From Octopus sinensis (Eukaryota), in NCBI RefSeq assembly GCF_006345805.1, contig NW_021832531.1, positions 310,001 to 374,000 on the forward strand: a stretch of 64,000 bases of DNA. The letters are read 5' to 3'. Positions 39,367-51,705 of this stretch are shown here, piece after piece. The number at the start of each line of letters is the position of its first letter. The stretch's first letter is position 1. A program made the translations under genes and the position numbers. The notes under the pieces are model-generated. The model ran no database searches and had not been told where the DNA came from. It saw only the letters and a program-made list of their open reading frames with translations.

Positions 39367-39944
39367 TTTTTTCTCTTATGATTGGTTTAGTTTTCTTTTG
39401 GTTTTATTTATCTTTTTGATTTTGTAAATTATTTGATACTTAATCTGAGAGCACTTTTACGAGTAAAAAAATTTTTGTTATCTATCAATCTTAAATTAAA
39501 ATAGCTTGGGTATACAACTCATATATAGTTTTGACTCAATAAAAAATTAGAAAAAATAAATATTATATTCATTAGCAAACATTCCTATACAATTATAAAT
39601 TGAATCCTTTTTATTGCCAAAAAATCAAAACTAAAAAAGAAAGGAAAATCATTAACAGGGAGATAAAAAAGGCTCTTTCAGTGCTACCCAAACTATGATG
39701 ATGAAACACACGTTTTCTTTAGGACCATCTGCGAGTCTTCTAGCCTTCCGTCAAGTTGTAATCCGTAAGCCAATTTTAACGCAAACGTCTTGTTTTTCCA
39801 ACTATCCGATCAAGTAGTCACTCGCCTTCGTACCGAACTAACCCTCTTAATCATATATGAGAACTGGCTGTACACAAATTCTGTACACGTAGATGTACCT
39901 CTGGACAAAATAGTTGCCTACATCAACCGTTCTACCGTGGTGGC

Positions 39945-40872
39945 TCATTCTATGTCTGCTCCAGGAAAGGTTTTCAAACTGTGGGGAGGCGCACGGCCTC
40001 CACAACGGAGGCAGGAGAGGGGATGTAATCCGAACTCGTCTACAGTTCCCCCACAGCGACATTTATGAGCCTGACAGATTTCAAGTCCGACACGTAAGGA
40101 GATAGCGATTTTTAGGCACTCGGAGTCAAAGAGGTTCCCAATTGAAAGAAGGGGGAAGGTATTAATCCATGCACCGCTGCCTGGGTGACAGCCTGCACGA
40201 AGGCAAGCGAGCATGTGTTGATTAAGTTTCGGAGTGAGTTCTTTGTACAAAGAACAACATACAATCTCATCTCACTGGCGCTGGAAGTGCTCGGACTCAG
40301 CCCGCCTCGAGTCAAACCGGGCCTTCCATAAGAGACCTGCCGCGACAAAATCTGCAGACACTTTCCGTTCGGGAAGGTTTCGAAGAACGATGTCTGAGAG
40401 AGTGCGGGAGGCAGAATGAGAGGAAAGGTAAGCCGGAAGAGCCAAATCGAAACAGGATCTGAAAATCAGATAGGAGGTCACTTCTGTGGAAACAGGGTGC
40501 ACATCTTAGCGTATAAAGAACCTTAGGGGCGGAAAAGTGATTTCGTAAAAGGAAAAATGCGACATGAGGCTCGACTTTTTTAAGCCTCTTGATCATTTTA
40601 GAGAGATTCTAAATTTTTTCTGAAAATGAAGCTTCTAGAGCGGAAAGACCCAAGGGAGCCCCAAGATTGGATAGATTAGGCTTTTCGGCAATACGAACGT
40701 CTAGAAGAATATTGCGGCAAATGGAAGAGGCAGCAGAGAATAAACTTTGATGAAGGTGGATATTCACTATTTTGGATTTATTTGCATTAATGGATAGGCC
40801 AATGGCCGAGAGGGATGGAAGGATAGTCCGGAAGTCATTAAAAACCACTTCGAGAGGACCTTTGGTCATCAA
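39945..40872 (-). mobile_element. CRE-like (RLE) non-LTR retrotransposon fragment, RT C-terminus to Zn knuckle
   Basis: LSAIGLSINANKSK (RT), HVAFFLLRNHFSAPKVLYTLRCAP, SGAWINTFP...LKIAISLRVGLEICQAHKCRCGGTVDEFGLHPLSC (CCHC knuckle). Frameshifted and truncated at both ends. Confidence 0.85.
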
Positions 40873-41011
40873 AAACCTCTTTAATAACTTCTAATTGTAA
40901 TTGAAAATTTCAAATTTACAATTTTGGAATTCAAGTTTGCATTTTATCAAAATATTGCATATACTAATTGTAATCATATTATGGGCAACAAGAAAAATAT
41001 TATTTGTTAAA

Positions 41012-41990
41012 TTAACAATCATAAAGGTCCTCACCATGAGTAACTCGGGGATAATATTTTTCAACCCGGCTAACAAATCCCATCAGTTTTTCTGGTGTTA
41101 AAACAGTTTTTGCGTCTCCTGCAATTTCTTTTAATATTCTTAGCCTATATTCAGAAATTGAAGAACCATCCGGAGTTTTGTTATAATTGAGAATTATTTG
41201 CATCTTTTCTCTTAGGATTTTTTACTTCTGATTTAAAAGTACTCCAGGCTAATTCAATCGGGTTTAATAAGTAGGAATATGGAACCAGTTGTAAAGGTTT
41301 AATATTTTCTTCTTGCTCCACAACTGATTCCAATTGATTGTGAACATGAGCATTGTCATTTATAAAAGTAGGGTCTACGAACAAAGACCTACATTCATTA
41401 ATTCTTTTATCCATTCTTTATAATCTTCTTCTCTGTAAGAACCTCTTTTGCATTGAAAATTAAGCAATGTTGAAACAGACATTGCACTTACACAATGTAA
41501 GTTAGAGCCTCTCAAATTTGGAGTCAAGACAAAAGAACGAGATTCTATTTTTGATCGTCCTTCTTTTCTCTTACAATATAAATTAAAATTGGATTCATCG
41601 ATCCAAATTAAAGTTCTTCCAGCAGACCTTGCTTTAAACAAGCAATCCAAATAATGTATTCTTTTTTCTTTATTTTCAGATGAATTTACATTGGCTACTA
41701 TTGGTCGAAAGGTTTTGAGAGAAATTAATTCCCCATCAAGCCAATTTTTTACTGTTGTAACAGACACAGAGATTGAATAATTATTTCGTATTTTTTCCAC
41801 ACATTCTTTCAAAGTGATCTGAGAATCAGCTCCAATCCAAATAATTAATTCATTTATATTTATTTAATTTTTTGAATTTCTTTATTTCTTTTACCTCCTC
41901 TTGGATGTCTTTCTTTATCTTTATTTTCAATCCAATGATAAGCTGTTCTCATATTCACTCCAAGAGAAGAACATAGAGACTGCCAATAGA
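41012..41990 (-). mobile_element. IS630-Tc1-mariner transposase pseudogene
   Basis: LIWIDESNFN (first D), DNAHVH (second D) and PYSYLLNPIELAWSTFKSEVK (E). Frameshifted; TIRs not found. Confidence 0.8.
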
Positions 41991-42928
41991 ACAATTAGCA
42001 ATTTAACGGTTGATATAGATTTCTAAAAAGCCATTATTCTTAAGATACAACATTTTGCTAAGGAATTTCTCTCGCAAGCATTATGATTTAATTAAATGGT
42101 AGAATTCCGGTCATTCTTATTGCATTTATATTTTTTGAAATTATCTAAATTATTTAAAATCAATGAATCGTAGCGGCAATTAATTTGTATTGATCTCTTC
42201 TTTTATTATTCAAAAGAATAGATTTTAAACCACTTCATGTTAGCACTAGGTATTAATCATGTTTTAATGCATTTTTGATTATGCGAACTGTATGAGTTAT
42301 GGTAAGATTAGTCGTTACCTACCTGACCTATCATTATTTCAGTTTTATTTTTATAATTGCAGTTATACAAAGATTCGGAAAAAAATAAAATGGTTTCAAT
42401 GTTTCCAAATTTGTTAATATCTAAAAATTCCTTTAATTGTTCAAAATGTGATCACATTGAAACATTAAAATTGAATAAAACTTCAAAATAGTTTTTACCT
42501 TTACCTACATAATAAGCACGTATTCTAAGCATTTGATGAAAACTAATCCGAATCAGTTTTCAAAAGTATTTGATTCAAGTACTCCACTCAATCAAAAAAT
42601 TAAAATTGCGATCAAAAAAACGACTCAAAGTTATAATTTCAATAATATATAAAGACTGTATTTTAGTAAAATATTGTTTTCAAGACCCATTCAGTTCTCC
42701 TCCTGATGATTTTATCGATCAAATTACGCAACTTTGTATCCTTGAAAAACAAACAAAAAATATAGAGATTAAGAAAAAATACAAATCAAAAAAGAAATAA
42801 ATATAAGTTTACTAGCTCGGCAGCTCGCTTCGCTCACCGCGACCTAGCTCCTGCGGAGGGCCTGTTTCATCAAACAACTATAAGTTTATGTAGATGTATA
42901 AAACTACCTGGTTTAATGTAACCCTATT

Positions 42929-43111
42929 CTATCGCCTGTTGATAAACGATGTTTGTCGTCCGTCCTTCCTGGCATATATGAATAAATTTTCTCTTCTGCC
43001 TACCCTCGAGCATCCCACATACAGCTGTCCATGTGAAAAGCACTCACTCTCTAAAAATAACCCAACTACCTTTAATGACTGTCCCTGGGCCTTGTTTATT
43101 GTCATTGCAAA
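42929..43111 (-). pseudogene. Helitron Pif1-type helicase C-terminal fragment
   Basis: [38 protein letters not shown] (helicase motifs V-VI). Confidence 0.9.
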
Positions 43112-43468
43112 CTTTTTTTTCATTTTTTGTGGTTTATTTTTTTTATATTTAATTTTTTCATTTTTCCTTTGTAATTTCCTTTTTTTTCTTTTTTTTTTTT
43201 TTACTGGCGGAAATGGGGCAGGGGGAGATACGGCAGGCGGAAATGCGGCAGGCAAGAAAGCGACACACAAAAAAGATTTAATTAATTACCTTATTAAGCT
43301 GACCGTTTTTTCTTCAGCTTCGTTTTTCCTCCTTCGGTTATCTATTTAAAAAATTATTTTTGAATAATAAAAAAGTTTAGGAAAAGAGGCATACCGAAAA
43401 TAAATTCTATCTTTACGAAAAACTCAAGTAAATAGTTAATATTTTTACGCAATTCTTCTGATTGCGCT

Positions 43469-43672
43469 GTCAATTGGTGGTAAATTGTGTTAACGGTTGT
43501 GCTAATGTGGTTTCAACTATCAAAGTGTTTTTCAAAATCTGTTAATTGCACACTCTATTCAAGGTCGTGCGTCAATTGGTGGTAAATTGTGTTAATGATT
43601 GTGCTAATGTGGTTTCAACTATCAAAGTGGTTTTTCTAAATCTGTTACTTGCACACTCTATTCAAAGTCGTG
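43469..43672. repeat. Two-copy ~102-bp tandem duplication inside the Helitron
   Basis: gtcaattggtggtaaattgtgttaa... starts at 43469 and 43571. Confidence 0.9.
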
Positions 43673-43893
43673 CAATCTGTGATTGCACATTCTGTCAAAG
43701 TCAAATATGATATAGCTTTAATTTTGATTCATGGTCGATAATGATATATGCATTTAATTTTAAAGAGAAAAACATAGGATGAATTGAATTTCTTTATCGC
43801 GAATAATTGGGAGTTCATCATTGTTAATATTCTCGCTGTCGTTTTCATCAAGGATATTCTTAATACGTGAGATTTTTGCCTTGAAGTTTTAAT

Positions 43894-45435
43894 GGACCTC
43901 ATCATGAATGTCGAGGACATTCGCGTTGTTCATTTTAATCAAAATGCAGAAAATAATTTTTTGATTTTTTGGGGGAAGGTTTTAAGGACTTCATCATGTA
44001 AGTCGAGGACATTGTAGTTGTTCATTTTAACCAAAATGCAGAAAATTTTTTTTTAATTTTTTTGGGGGGAAGGTTTTAAGGACTTCATCATGTAAGTTGA
44101 GGACATTGTAGTTGTTCATTTTAACCAAAATGCAGAAAATTTTTTTTTAATTTTTTTTGGGGGGAAGGTTTTAAGGACTTCATCATGTAAGTCGAGGACA
44201 TTGTAGTTGTTCATTTTAACCAAAATGCAGAAAATTTTTTTTTTTATTTTTTTGGGGGGAAGGTTTTAAGGACTTCATCATGTAAGTCGAGGACATTGTA
44301 GTTGTTCATTTTAACCAAAATGCAGAAAATTTTTTTTTAATTTTTTTTGGGGGGGAGGGTTTAAGGACTTCATCATGTAAGTCGAGGACATTGTAGTTGT
44401 TCATTTTAACCAAAATGCAGAAAATTTTTTTTTAATTTTTTTTGGGGGGAAGGTTTTAAGGACTTCATCATGTAAGTCGAGGACATTGTAGTTGTTCATT
44501 TTAACCAAAATGCAGAAAATTTTTTTTTAATTTTTTTGGGGGGAAGGTTTTAAGGACTTCATCATGTAAGTCGAGGACATTGTAGTTGTTCATTTTAACC
44601 AAAATGCAGAAAATTTTTTTTTAATTTTTTTTGGGGGGGAAGGTTTTAAGGACTTCATCATGTAAGTCGAGGACATTGTAGTTGTTCATTTTAACCAAAA
44701 TGCAGAAAATTTTTTTTTAATTTTTTTTGGGGGGAAGGTTTTAAGGACTTCATCATGTAAGTCGAGGACATTGTAGTTGTTCATTCTAACCAAAATGCAG
44801 AAAATTTTTTTTTAATTTTTTTGGGGGGGAAGGTTTTAAGGACTTCATCATGTAAGTCGAGGACATTGTAGTTGTTCATTTTAACCAAAATGCAGAAAAT
44901 TTTTTTTTAATTTTTTTGGGGGGGAAGGTTTTAAGGACTTCATCATGTAAGTCGAGGACATTGTAGTTGTTCATTTTAACCAAAATGCAGAAAATTTTTT
45001 TTTAATTTTTTTTGGAAGGAAGGTTTTAAGGACTTCATCATGTAAGTCGAGGACATTGTAGTTGTTCATTTTAACCAAAATGCAGAAAATTTTTTTTTAT
45101 TTTTTTTGGGGGGAAGGTTTTAAGGACTTCATCATGTAAGTCGAGGACATTGTAGTTGTTCATTCTAACCAAAATGCAGAAAATTTTTTTTTAATTTTTT
45201 TTGGGGGGGAAGGTTTTAAGGACTTCATCATGTAAGTCGAGGACATTGTAGTTGTTCATTTTAACCAAAATGCAGAAAATTTTTTTTTAATTTTTTTGGG
45301 GGGAAGGTTTTAAGGACTTCATCATGTAAGTCGAGGACATTGTAGTTGTTCATTTTAACCAAAATGCAGAAAATTTTTTTTTAATTTTTTTGGGAGGGAA
45401 GGTTTTAAGGACCTCATCATGTAAGTCGAGGACAT
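43894..45435. repeat. Satellite array: 16 full ~95-bp units plus a partial unit, inside the Helitron
   Basis: ggacttcatcatgtaagtcgaggacattgtagttgttcattttaaccaaaatgcagaaaa(T)n aa(T)n(G)n aaggttttaa. Starts at 43894, 43986, 44080, 44175 ... 45314, 45409; variation is mostly in homopolymer length. Confidence 0.97.
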
Positions 45436-45461
45436 CGTATTGCCAATTTGAAGTTGGTGTG

Positions 45462-45490
45462 CACACACAGACAGACAGACAGACACACAC
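45462..45490. repeat. (CA)/(CAGA)n microsatellite near the Helitron 5' end
   Basis: cacacacagacagacagacagacacacac. Confidence 0.9.
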
Positions 45491-45522
45491 CATACCATTT
45501 TATTATTAAGATAAAGTTTTAT

Positions 45523-46134
45523 TATGTCGCGAGCGCAGCGCGCGACCGAGCGCTAGACGCGACTTTGACAGCTAACAAGCCTGTCATCAACAAATATATT
45601 TATTAAATTATTTAAAATTTTAACATGATTTAAAATTAAAATTGAAATAACTTAAGTTTTCCATTGAATCCCATAAAATAATTTATAAGTAGACCTTAAT
45701 AGAAAAAGTAAAATCAATGAATACTGAACGCTAATTTGGTTTAGGTTGTGAGGGGGGTAATAATTTGACAGATCTCATTGCTATTTTTTCGTTTTAATCT
45801 CTAAAATTAGGTCTTCTAATCAAAAATAAACTGTGCAGACAGGCTTGCTCCTTCAGAAGATTCTTGTTTTGACATTTTAATAAATTATGAAGCATTTAGA
45901 TTTTTTCTCATTATTCTAAAATATCAATTATAAATTGTAAAATATTATTTTTATTTATGAAATCGGTTTTAAAGCTCATTCTGCTTTGGCATCGATTTTA
46001 ATTTTTGTGATCGAATATATTTAAACCCAAATACCAGCCCGTGTATTTGTCAATTTATAGATTTGTTGATTGATCGGATCTAGAAATTGAGTGGTCGCTC
46101 GCTGCGCTCGGTCGCTCGCTGCGCTCGCGACATA
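45523..46134. mobile_element. MITE-like element bounded by 31-bp GC-rich inverted repeats
   Basis: TATGTCGCGAGCGCAGCG(C/A)GCGACCGAGCGC at 45523-45553 and reverse-complemented at 46104-46134 (30/31 match). AT-rich non-coding interior; TSD ambiguous. Confidence 0.65.
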
Positions 46135-46199
46135 TTATACACTAATATAATGTTTTTATTTACATTAAAATATTTCAAATGTTTCATTAGTGTAGATCT

Positions 46200-46990
46200 T
46201 TAAAAAAATTTTTTAATTTTTTTATTGTATATCTGCATTTGTAAAAAGTTTTAATAGATTAAGCGAACGGAGGGCCAGCGGCCTGACTGATCGCCAAACT
46301 GTTCCCCGGATAACGGCGATCAAGAACCGCTGGAAAAGCCAGTCCACCTCCCGAGGATCGTGAGTGCGCATGGAGATTTTGGCCCCGAGCTTGCGAAGGA
46401 ATTTTTCCGCCTTTGAATCAAGAGCACCCGACGTCTTCACCGCTATCGGCATCACGTAAAACTCTTCCGAAAGGGCGGAATATTTGGATATCTTTAAATC
46501 TTCAGCCTTCTTAGCGGCAGATTTAGCCTCCAGAGTACACGAAGTTAGGTGTGAAGCAGAAAAAGTATTCCAGCAGGTTTCGTCCTATACGAGACTTTTC
46601 CTGCTCTCAAAAGGGAAAAGGGTATCCCGTCAGGATGTTTCCCGTCACCGTGGTCAAGACCCGATGGTTCGAGGACCGAAGGAATTCCCGCCGAGTCGAG
46701 GGCCCTCCGTATGATGTCGTTTATAGCCGAGTACCTCAAAAAACGTCCGGCACTCCTCCTGCACGATAAAGGATGCAGACCGAAAGAGTCAACAGTGCAG
46801 CCACAACGACACACGTGCGGGACAAATTGCCTTAGCCCAAGGCGCAGGGAGATTCCGATCCTTACCGATTCATCATCGAGAAGAGTGACAGATGAGGCGT
46901 TAGGGAATGCTCAAACCCAGGATCCACTGGCCGGGGATGCTGCCAAAAGTAGGCAAGCGCGGCTGTTTTGGTTTATGACTCGAGCAGCCT
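46200..46990 (-). mobile_element. CRE-like retrotransposon 3' end (Zn knuckle + RLE endonuclease), 5'-truncated
   Basis: RIGISLRLGLRQFVPHVCRCGCTVDSFGLHPLSCRRSAGR, EPSGLDHGDGKHPDG (PD-(D/E)xK), MPIAVKTSGALDSKAEKFLRKLGAKISMRTHDPREVDWLFQRFLIAVIRG, then an A-rich tail. Confidence 0.88.
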
Positions 46991-47221
46991 TAATTTTCAA
47001 ACCCCGATCTAAACTGTCATTTTTTAAAATAAATGATTCTATTTAATTTTTTAACATTAAGAAAATTAAAAAAATCAATATTTGCTTAAAAGGAAAATTA
47101 TTAAATTTTTCACTAAAAAATCATTGATTTATATGAGTTTTTTGAAGAACTTTAAAACGAATATTATCGATTTTTGTTGGTTTAAAAAATCTTTTTAAAC
47201 TTCTATAAATTACTAATAATT

Positions 47222-50200
47222 TTAAAACTTTTGTGTATGGTATCCAATCGAAATAATCAAAAGAATTGGTATCAACGAAATCCAAAAAAGCGATGATGAG
47301 TACACAGCATATGCCGTACCATCAGAAAAAATAAATGTAAATAGAATATATACTGAAATGCTCATTATAATTACTAATAAATGTATGACTGTCCACTGGG
47401 AAAACATGAAAGATACCTATAATTATTGAATATAGCAACATATACTCTCAATGTAACTGTAGCAAAATGATAAGCCATGATAAAATGATAAAAGCTTTGT
47501 AAATCATTCAAATCGTGGCCAGTGCTGGAGGTTTGCCCCCATGTTGCCAGTAGAGTAACAAAAAACACGACAAACGAATTCCAAAAGGATTCAAGAATAC
47601 ATATGGCGAACACTCTTTTGTTGAAATAACGACTCCGAAGAGAATCTTTGTATAGTTTTGGACAATTGAATGATTCCTCGGCAGATACATCCTGTTATTT
47701 ACAATGATATAAAAAAACTTGATCTAATATTCCAAGGACAAAAGGTGGAAGGGAAGTATAAAACAAATTATAAAATGATATATATTCCATTGTAACTATT
47801 TTCTAATGCATTATTCAATAAAATAAATACTTGGGCACTAAAGCCAGTAAAAAAAATAAACCAAATGTTGAGAGAAGCGAATGAGATATTTTTGAAAAAA
47901 AAGTAGTATAAAAATTTTGCAATTCTAACGTAACACCATCGACCATGAACAAAAAGTAAATTCTGGAGATGTTTAAATTCTGGAATTGAGAAGTCTGAAT
48001 TCAATGCGGCTTGATTTCCTTCTCTCCCGGAAATTCCTATACCAATATTAGCGGCTTTTAAGATGAATATATATGATAACCTTTAATCATACTGACATCA
48101 TTACCTCCATCCCCAATAGCCAATGTAGTTGTATGTGGATAGTGTTTATTAATAAATTCGACAATTTCTGCTTTGAGAAGTGGCATCATTCGACAACAGA
48201 TCACATTTTGGCAAAAAATTGATAATTCGTAAAAATCTTCTGGGCATTCGTTAAGACAAAATGTCTGAAATACTAACTAAACTGGAATACCGCACTCTCG
48301 CCAGTCAAAATAAGTCCAAATAAGCTAATGTTCTCGGGATGTTTGGAAGGGTGGTCTAGGAGCATTTTTTTATATTCATCATAATCATAATTGTTTTCTG
48401 TTATTATTTCTTTTATTTTTCAAGACAATTTTTTATGCTTTCTTTTATATTTTCTGACAATTTAAACACTTCAACAAGAGTATCATTAAACAATCCACAA
48501 GAATAACCAATGTTAACAGCGGTCTCTAAAAATTGAAATTAAATTCATTTCACGAACTAACCCAATTTGTCACCAGTTAACATCCAAACTTTTATATTGA
48601 TGCTAGCTAATTTGGCCAATGTTTCACAGACGCCGTCTTGAAGTCGGTCTTCTATCCCAGTAATTCCCAGAAAATTCATATCACGTTCGATTTCGCTGTA
48701 TATAATTTCTAATCGTTCTGACTTTTTTCCGTCAATAATTTTACTAATATAAATTCTGGATTTTAACGGGAAACCATGCATTTGTGTATTTTTCATACCA
48801 GTCATCAAATTCTTTCTTAAACAACTGTTTATAAGACATGCAGAGAATTCTAAGGCCTTCTGACGAAATAAACTGAAAAGTGATGATAAAGTCAACCACC
48901 TCAAGATTTTGTTTAATTTTCATTCTTTCCAAGTCTTGTAACTCACAGGTTGTACAAATAACATCATCTGCACCTTTGCTAAGCAAATAAATATTTCCGT
49001 TATTTTCGACAATAATACTCATCCGTTTTCTAGCGTTAGTAAACTCAAGAGTGCAATAGATTTTGAATATTTCGATCTTCCCATGTATTTCCAGTTTTAT
49101 TGAATCAACTGTCCTTTCCTTAAAAAATGTTGAGAAATCATATTACTTTTAAAATGATTCCATGTTTTTTGGCATAATAAATAAGACACTCTTCATCTGC
49201 TGACTGTGCCTGGTATTCAATCTGGGCTAAAGATAATAAACAGCTGGAAACTATCTGTTTTCACGATTACAGAATGGCAAAGAGCCAAGACTTTAAAAAA
49301 CAACGTTTCTAATTCTGAGCCTTCTAAAAGACGAGATTGTAAGTCGTCATTCTTTTTTTCATCCTTTAAAAATATTATTTCAAAAAATAACCTCCAAGTA
49401 AAATTTTTCTCCAATTAAACAAAGTCTAAATTTAAAGAAGTTCTAATTAACAATCATAATATAAAATAACCGTACAATTGTAAGGGTTCCGGTTTTATCA
49501 GTCAATATATGTTCTATTTGGCCAAGATCTTCAGCCAAAGCTGTAGTTCTACACTTTCCTCTGACGTTATTATTAGTACTGATCATATTTTTATCCCAGT
49601 TAATAAACAAACTTTGTCCAATTTTGACTAATTCAATGCTAAAAGTCATATAAAATTTAGTCACTTACCTAACATAAAGAGATATAGGTACACAATTGCT
49701 GTATAAAATAAAATATGAAAGAATCGTGATCAATGAAATAATAGTAGCTTGGATATCTGAATTCAGTTTTTCTAGAAAGGTAGGAGTAGGTAAATATATT
49801 TCAAAGAAGCGACCCACATAATATGACCATAATCCGGAACCCAGAGCGGAAAGAAGATCAAAAATAAACATTCCAATAATAACCTAAACTATAATATCAG
49901 TTTTTAACCTTTAGACATAGCATATTTAATGATTTTTCTATCCCTGTTACCTTATAATGCATTTTTCCAGAATTAAGCATAACTTTCGTGTCGTGACCCG
50001 TGTATACGACTAATCCAATACACCAATCGGTATTTTTTAGGCTACTTCCTCTCAGTAAAAGATTATCAATATTTGCTGACACTGCATTTTGATCTCGACC
50101 ATTTCTTCCTTCAAAGCTTTTCAAATCTTTGCTGGGTTTTTCACACACAAACGTTTCTAGTATAAAAATTATTTTTAATAAACCTTCGAATTGGGATAAA

Positions 50201-50947
50201 AGACCAAATTCAGATCTTAAATAGTTAAATTCTTGACAGCATATTTTGTATTTTAGATCAATTTCTCTATTAAAAAATATTAAATTTTTTTAAATACCCA
50301 TCAAGATGCTCAGTATTTACGTAGCAATAACCTGTCTCACTTGAAGAACAAAGTGTAAGAATATCAGCCTTAGTAAATAAAAAATCAGTTTGTTATATCT
50401 CACGGGTATTATGTCGTTTTCTTTAATTAAAATAATGTCTCCGACTCGTATATTTTTCCATTTATCTTTTTCAAATACTTTATTCCGTTTGTTAAAGATT
50501 GAAGCTGTTCGTTCATTGGCAATGCGGTCATCTTTGTGTTTTTTCTATTGAAATATGAATATTTTTTTAAATACATAATCATCATAGCCATCTTTGATAG
50601 CAGTGACTGCTAAAATGAACACCAAAGGAATTATGGTCGAAATATATTCAACAGATGAAATATATGGCAATAGCTTTTAATGATCATTATAAATGCACAA
50701 CCTGTAATATCAAAAGAATAAGAAAAAAAATATTTGGAATTCGATGAAACTGCTCGTAGAGGTTAACAAATAAAAAATTATATATTGTGTATTTTGAAGT
50801 GATTACAGTATTATCCTGTGAAAATTGAAGAAAAATTACTTTGTATAATTTTCGTTGTTCACAACCAAACGGCGTAAGAGTAATTATCCTTTCACCGAAA
50901 TCATTTTCATGATAAGAACGAAATCTCCGCCTTAAACTTGTATTCAT
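47222..50947 (-). CDS. P4-type ATPase phospholipid flippase (ATP8B-like), multi-exon
   Basis: NTVITSKYTIYNFLFVNLYEQFHR, LQLLPYISS, LDGEIDLK, LLRGSSLKNT, PISLYV (P4 TM4), EDLGQIEHILTDKTGTLT (phosphorylation site), LALCHSV, KGAD, GIEDRLQDGV, WMLTGDK, GDGGND. Confidence 0.93.
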
Positions 50948-51705
50948 TAAAGACTAGTATAATTTCTGCTAATAGTGCGGTAAAAAGTAATTAAAAGAAA
51001 ATTGTGGTTTGATACGCTATGTCGAACGAACTTTTTATAATTTATATTTTAAGCAATTTTATTGAACTTTTTATTTGTACTAGTAAAATCCAATTATTTA
51101 TTATTGTCAATATTGATTATGAATTTATTGAGTTCACTAGCAATGAAAATAAAGGCATAAAGACAGTTATGATAAATATCTGAAATAATTTTCAATTATT
51201 TCTTTTGGAAAATGGAATTTCTTATGAGGATTAAATTTAATTATTTTTTTAATTTTAAATCTCCTTTCAAATCACACGGAACTTTAAAAAGCAGACAAGT
51301 TATGAAAACATACAATTTTTGACAATAGGGAACTAGAAATATATAACTTACAAAAATAGTATAATTTTCTTTTCCCAATAGTATACTGATTTTAACACCC
51401 TTGGGTTTATTTATGAAATTTTTAAGATAGTTTCTTTATACAAATTCTCTTCCTAGTCTTTAAGGTTAAGTATATTGTATGCGAAGAACAATAATTATGC
51501 GTCATTGCTAATTGTTTCTATGTACTCTTTTGATTCCTTCCTAATTTTTATATCAAATATGACCAAAAAATCGAAAAATTATTTTATTCATTGTATATTT
51601 AAGAACTATTTCGATTTATTCGGGTTACTTCTACTCATTTTTTAAATAAATGTTGTTTTAATTTTTTAAAATCATTTAGAGATGTTAATTCAAATATTTT
51701 TTATT

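Larger units (their letters stand above)
42812..45511 (-). mobile_element. Non-autonomous Helitron, both ends present
   Basis: On the minus strand: A|TCTTAATAATAAAA 5' end (45511), (CTGT)n microsatellite, internal tandem arrays, Pif1 helicase C-terminal fragment, GCGAAGC hairpin, CTAG|T 3' end (42812-42815). Inserted between A and T with no TSD. Confidence 0.85.

Noticed and set aside
43894-45435. CRISPR-like regular array
   Set aside because: The units are contiguous and near-identical with no unique spacers, there are no cas genes, and the context is eukaryotic inside a Helitron.
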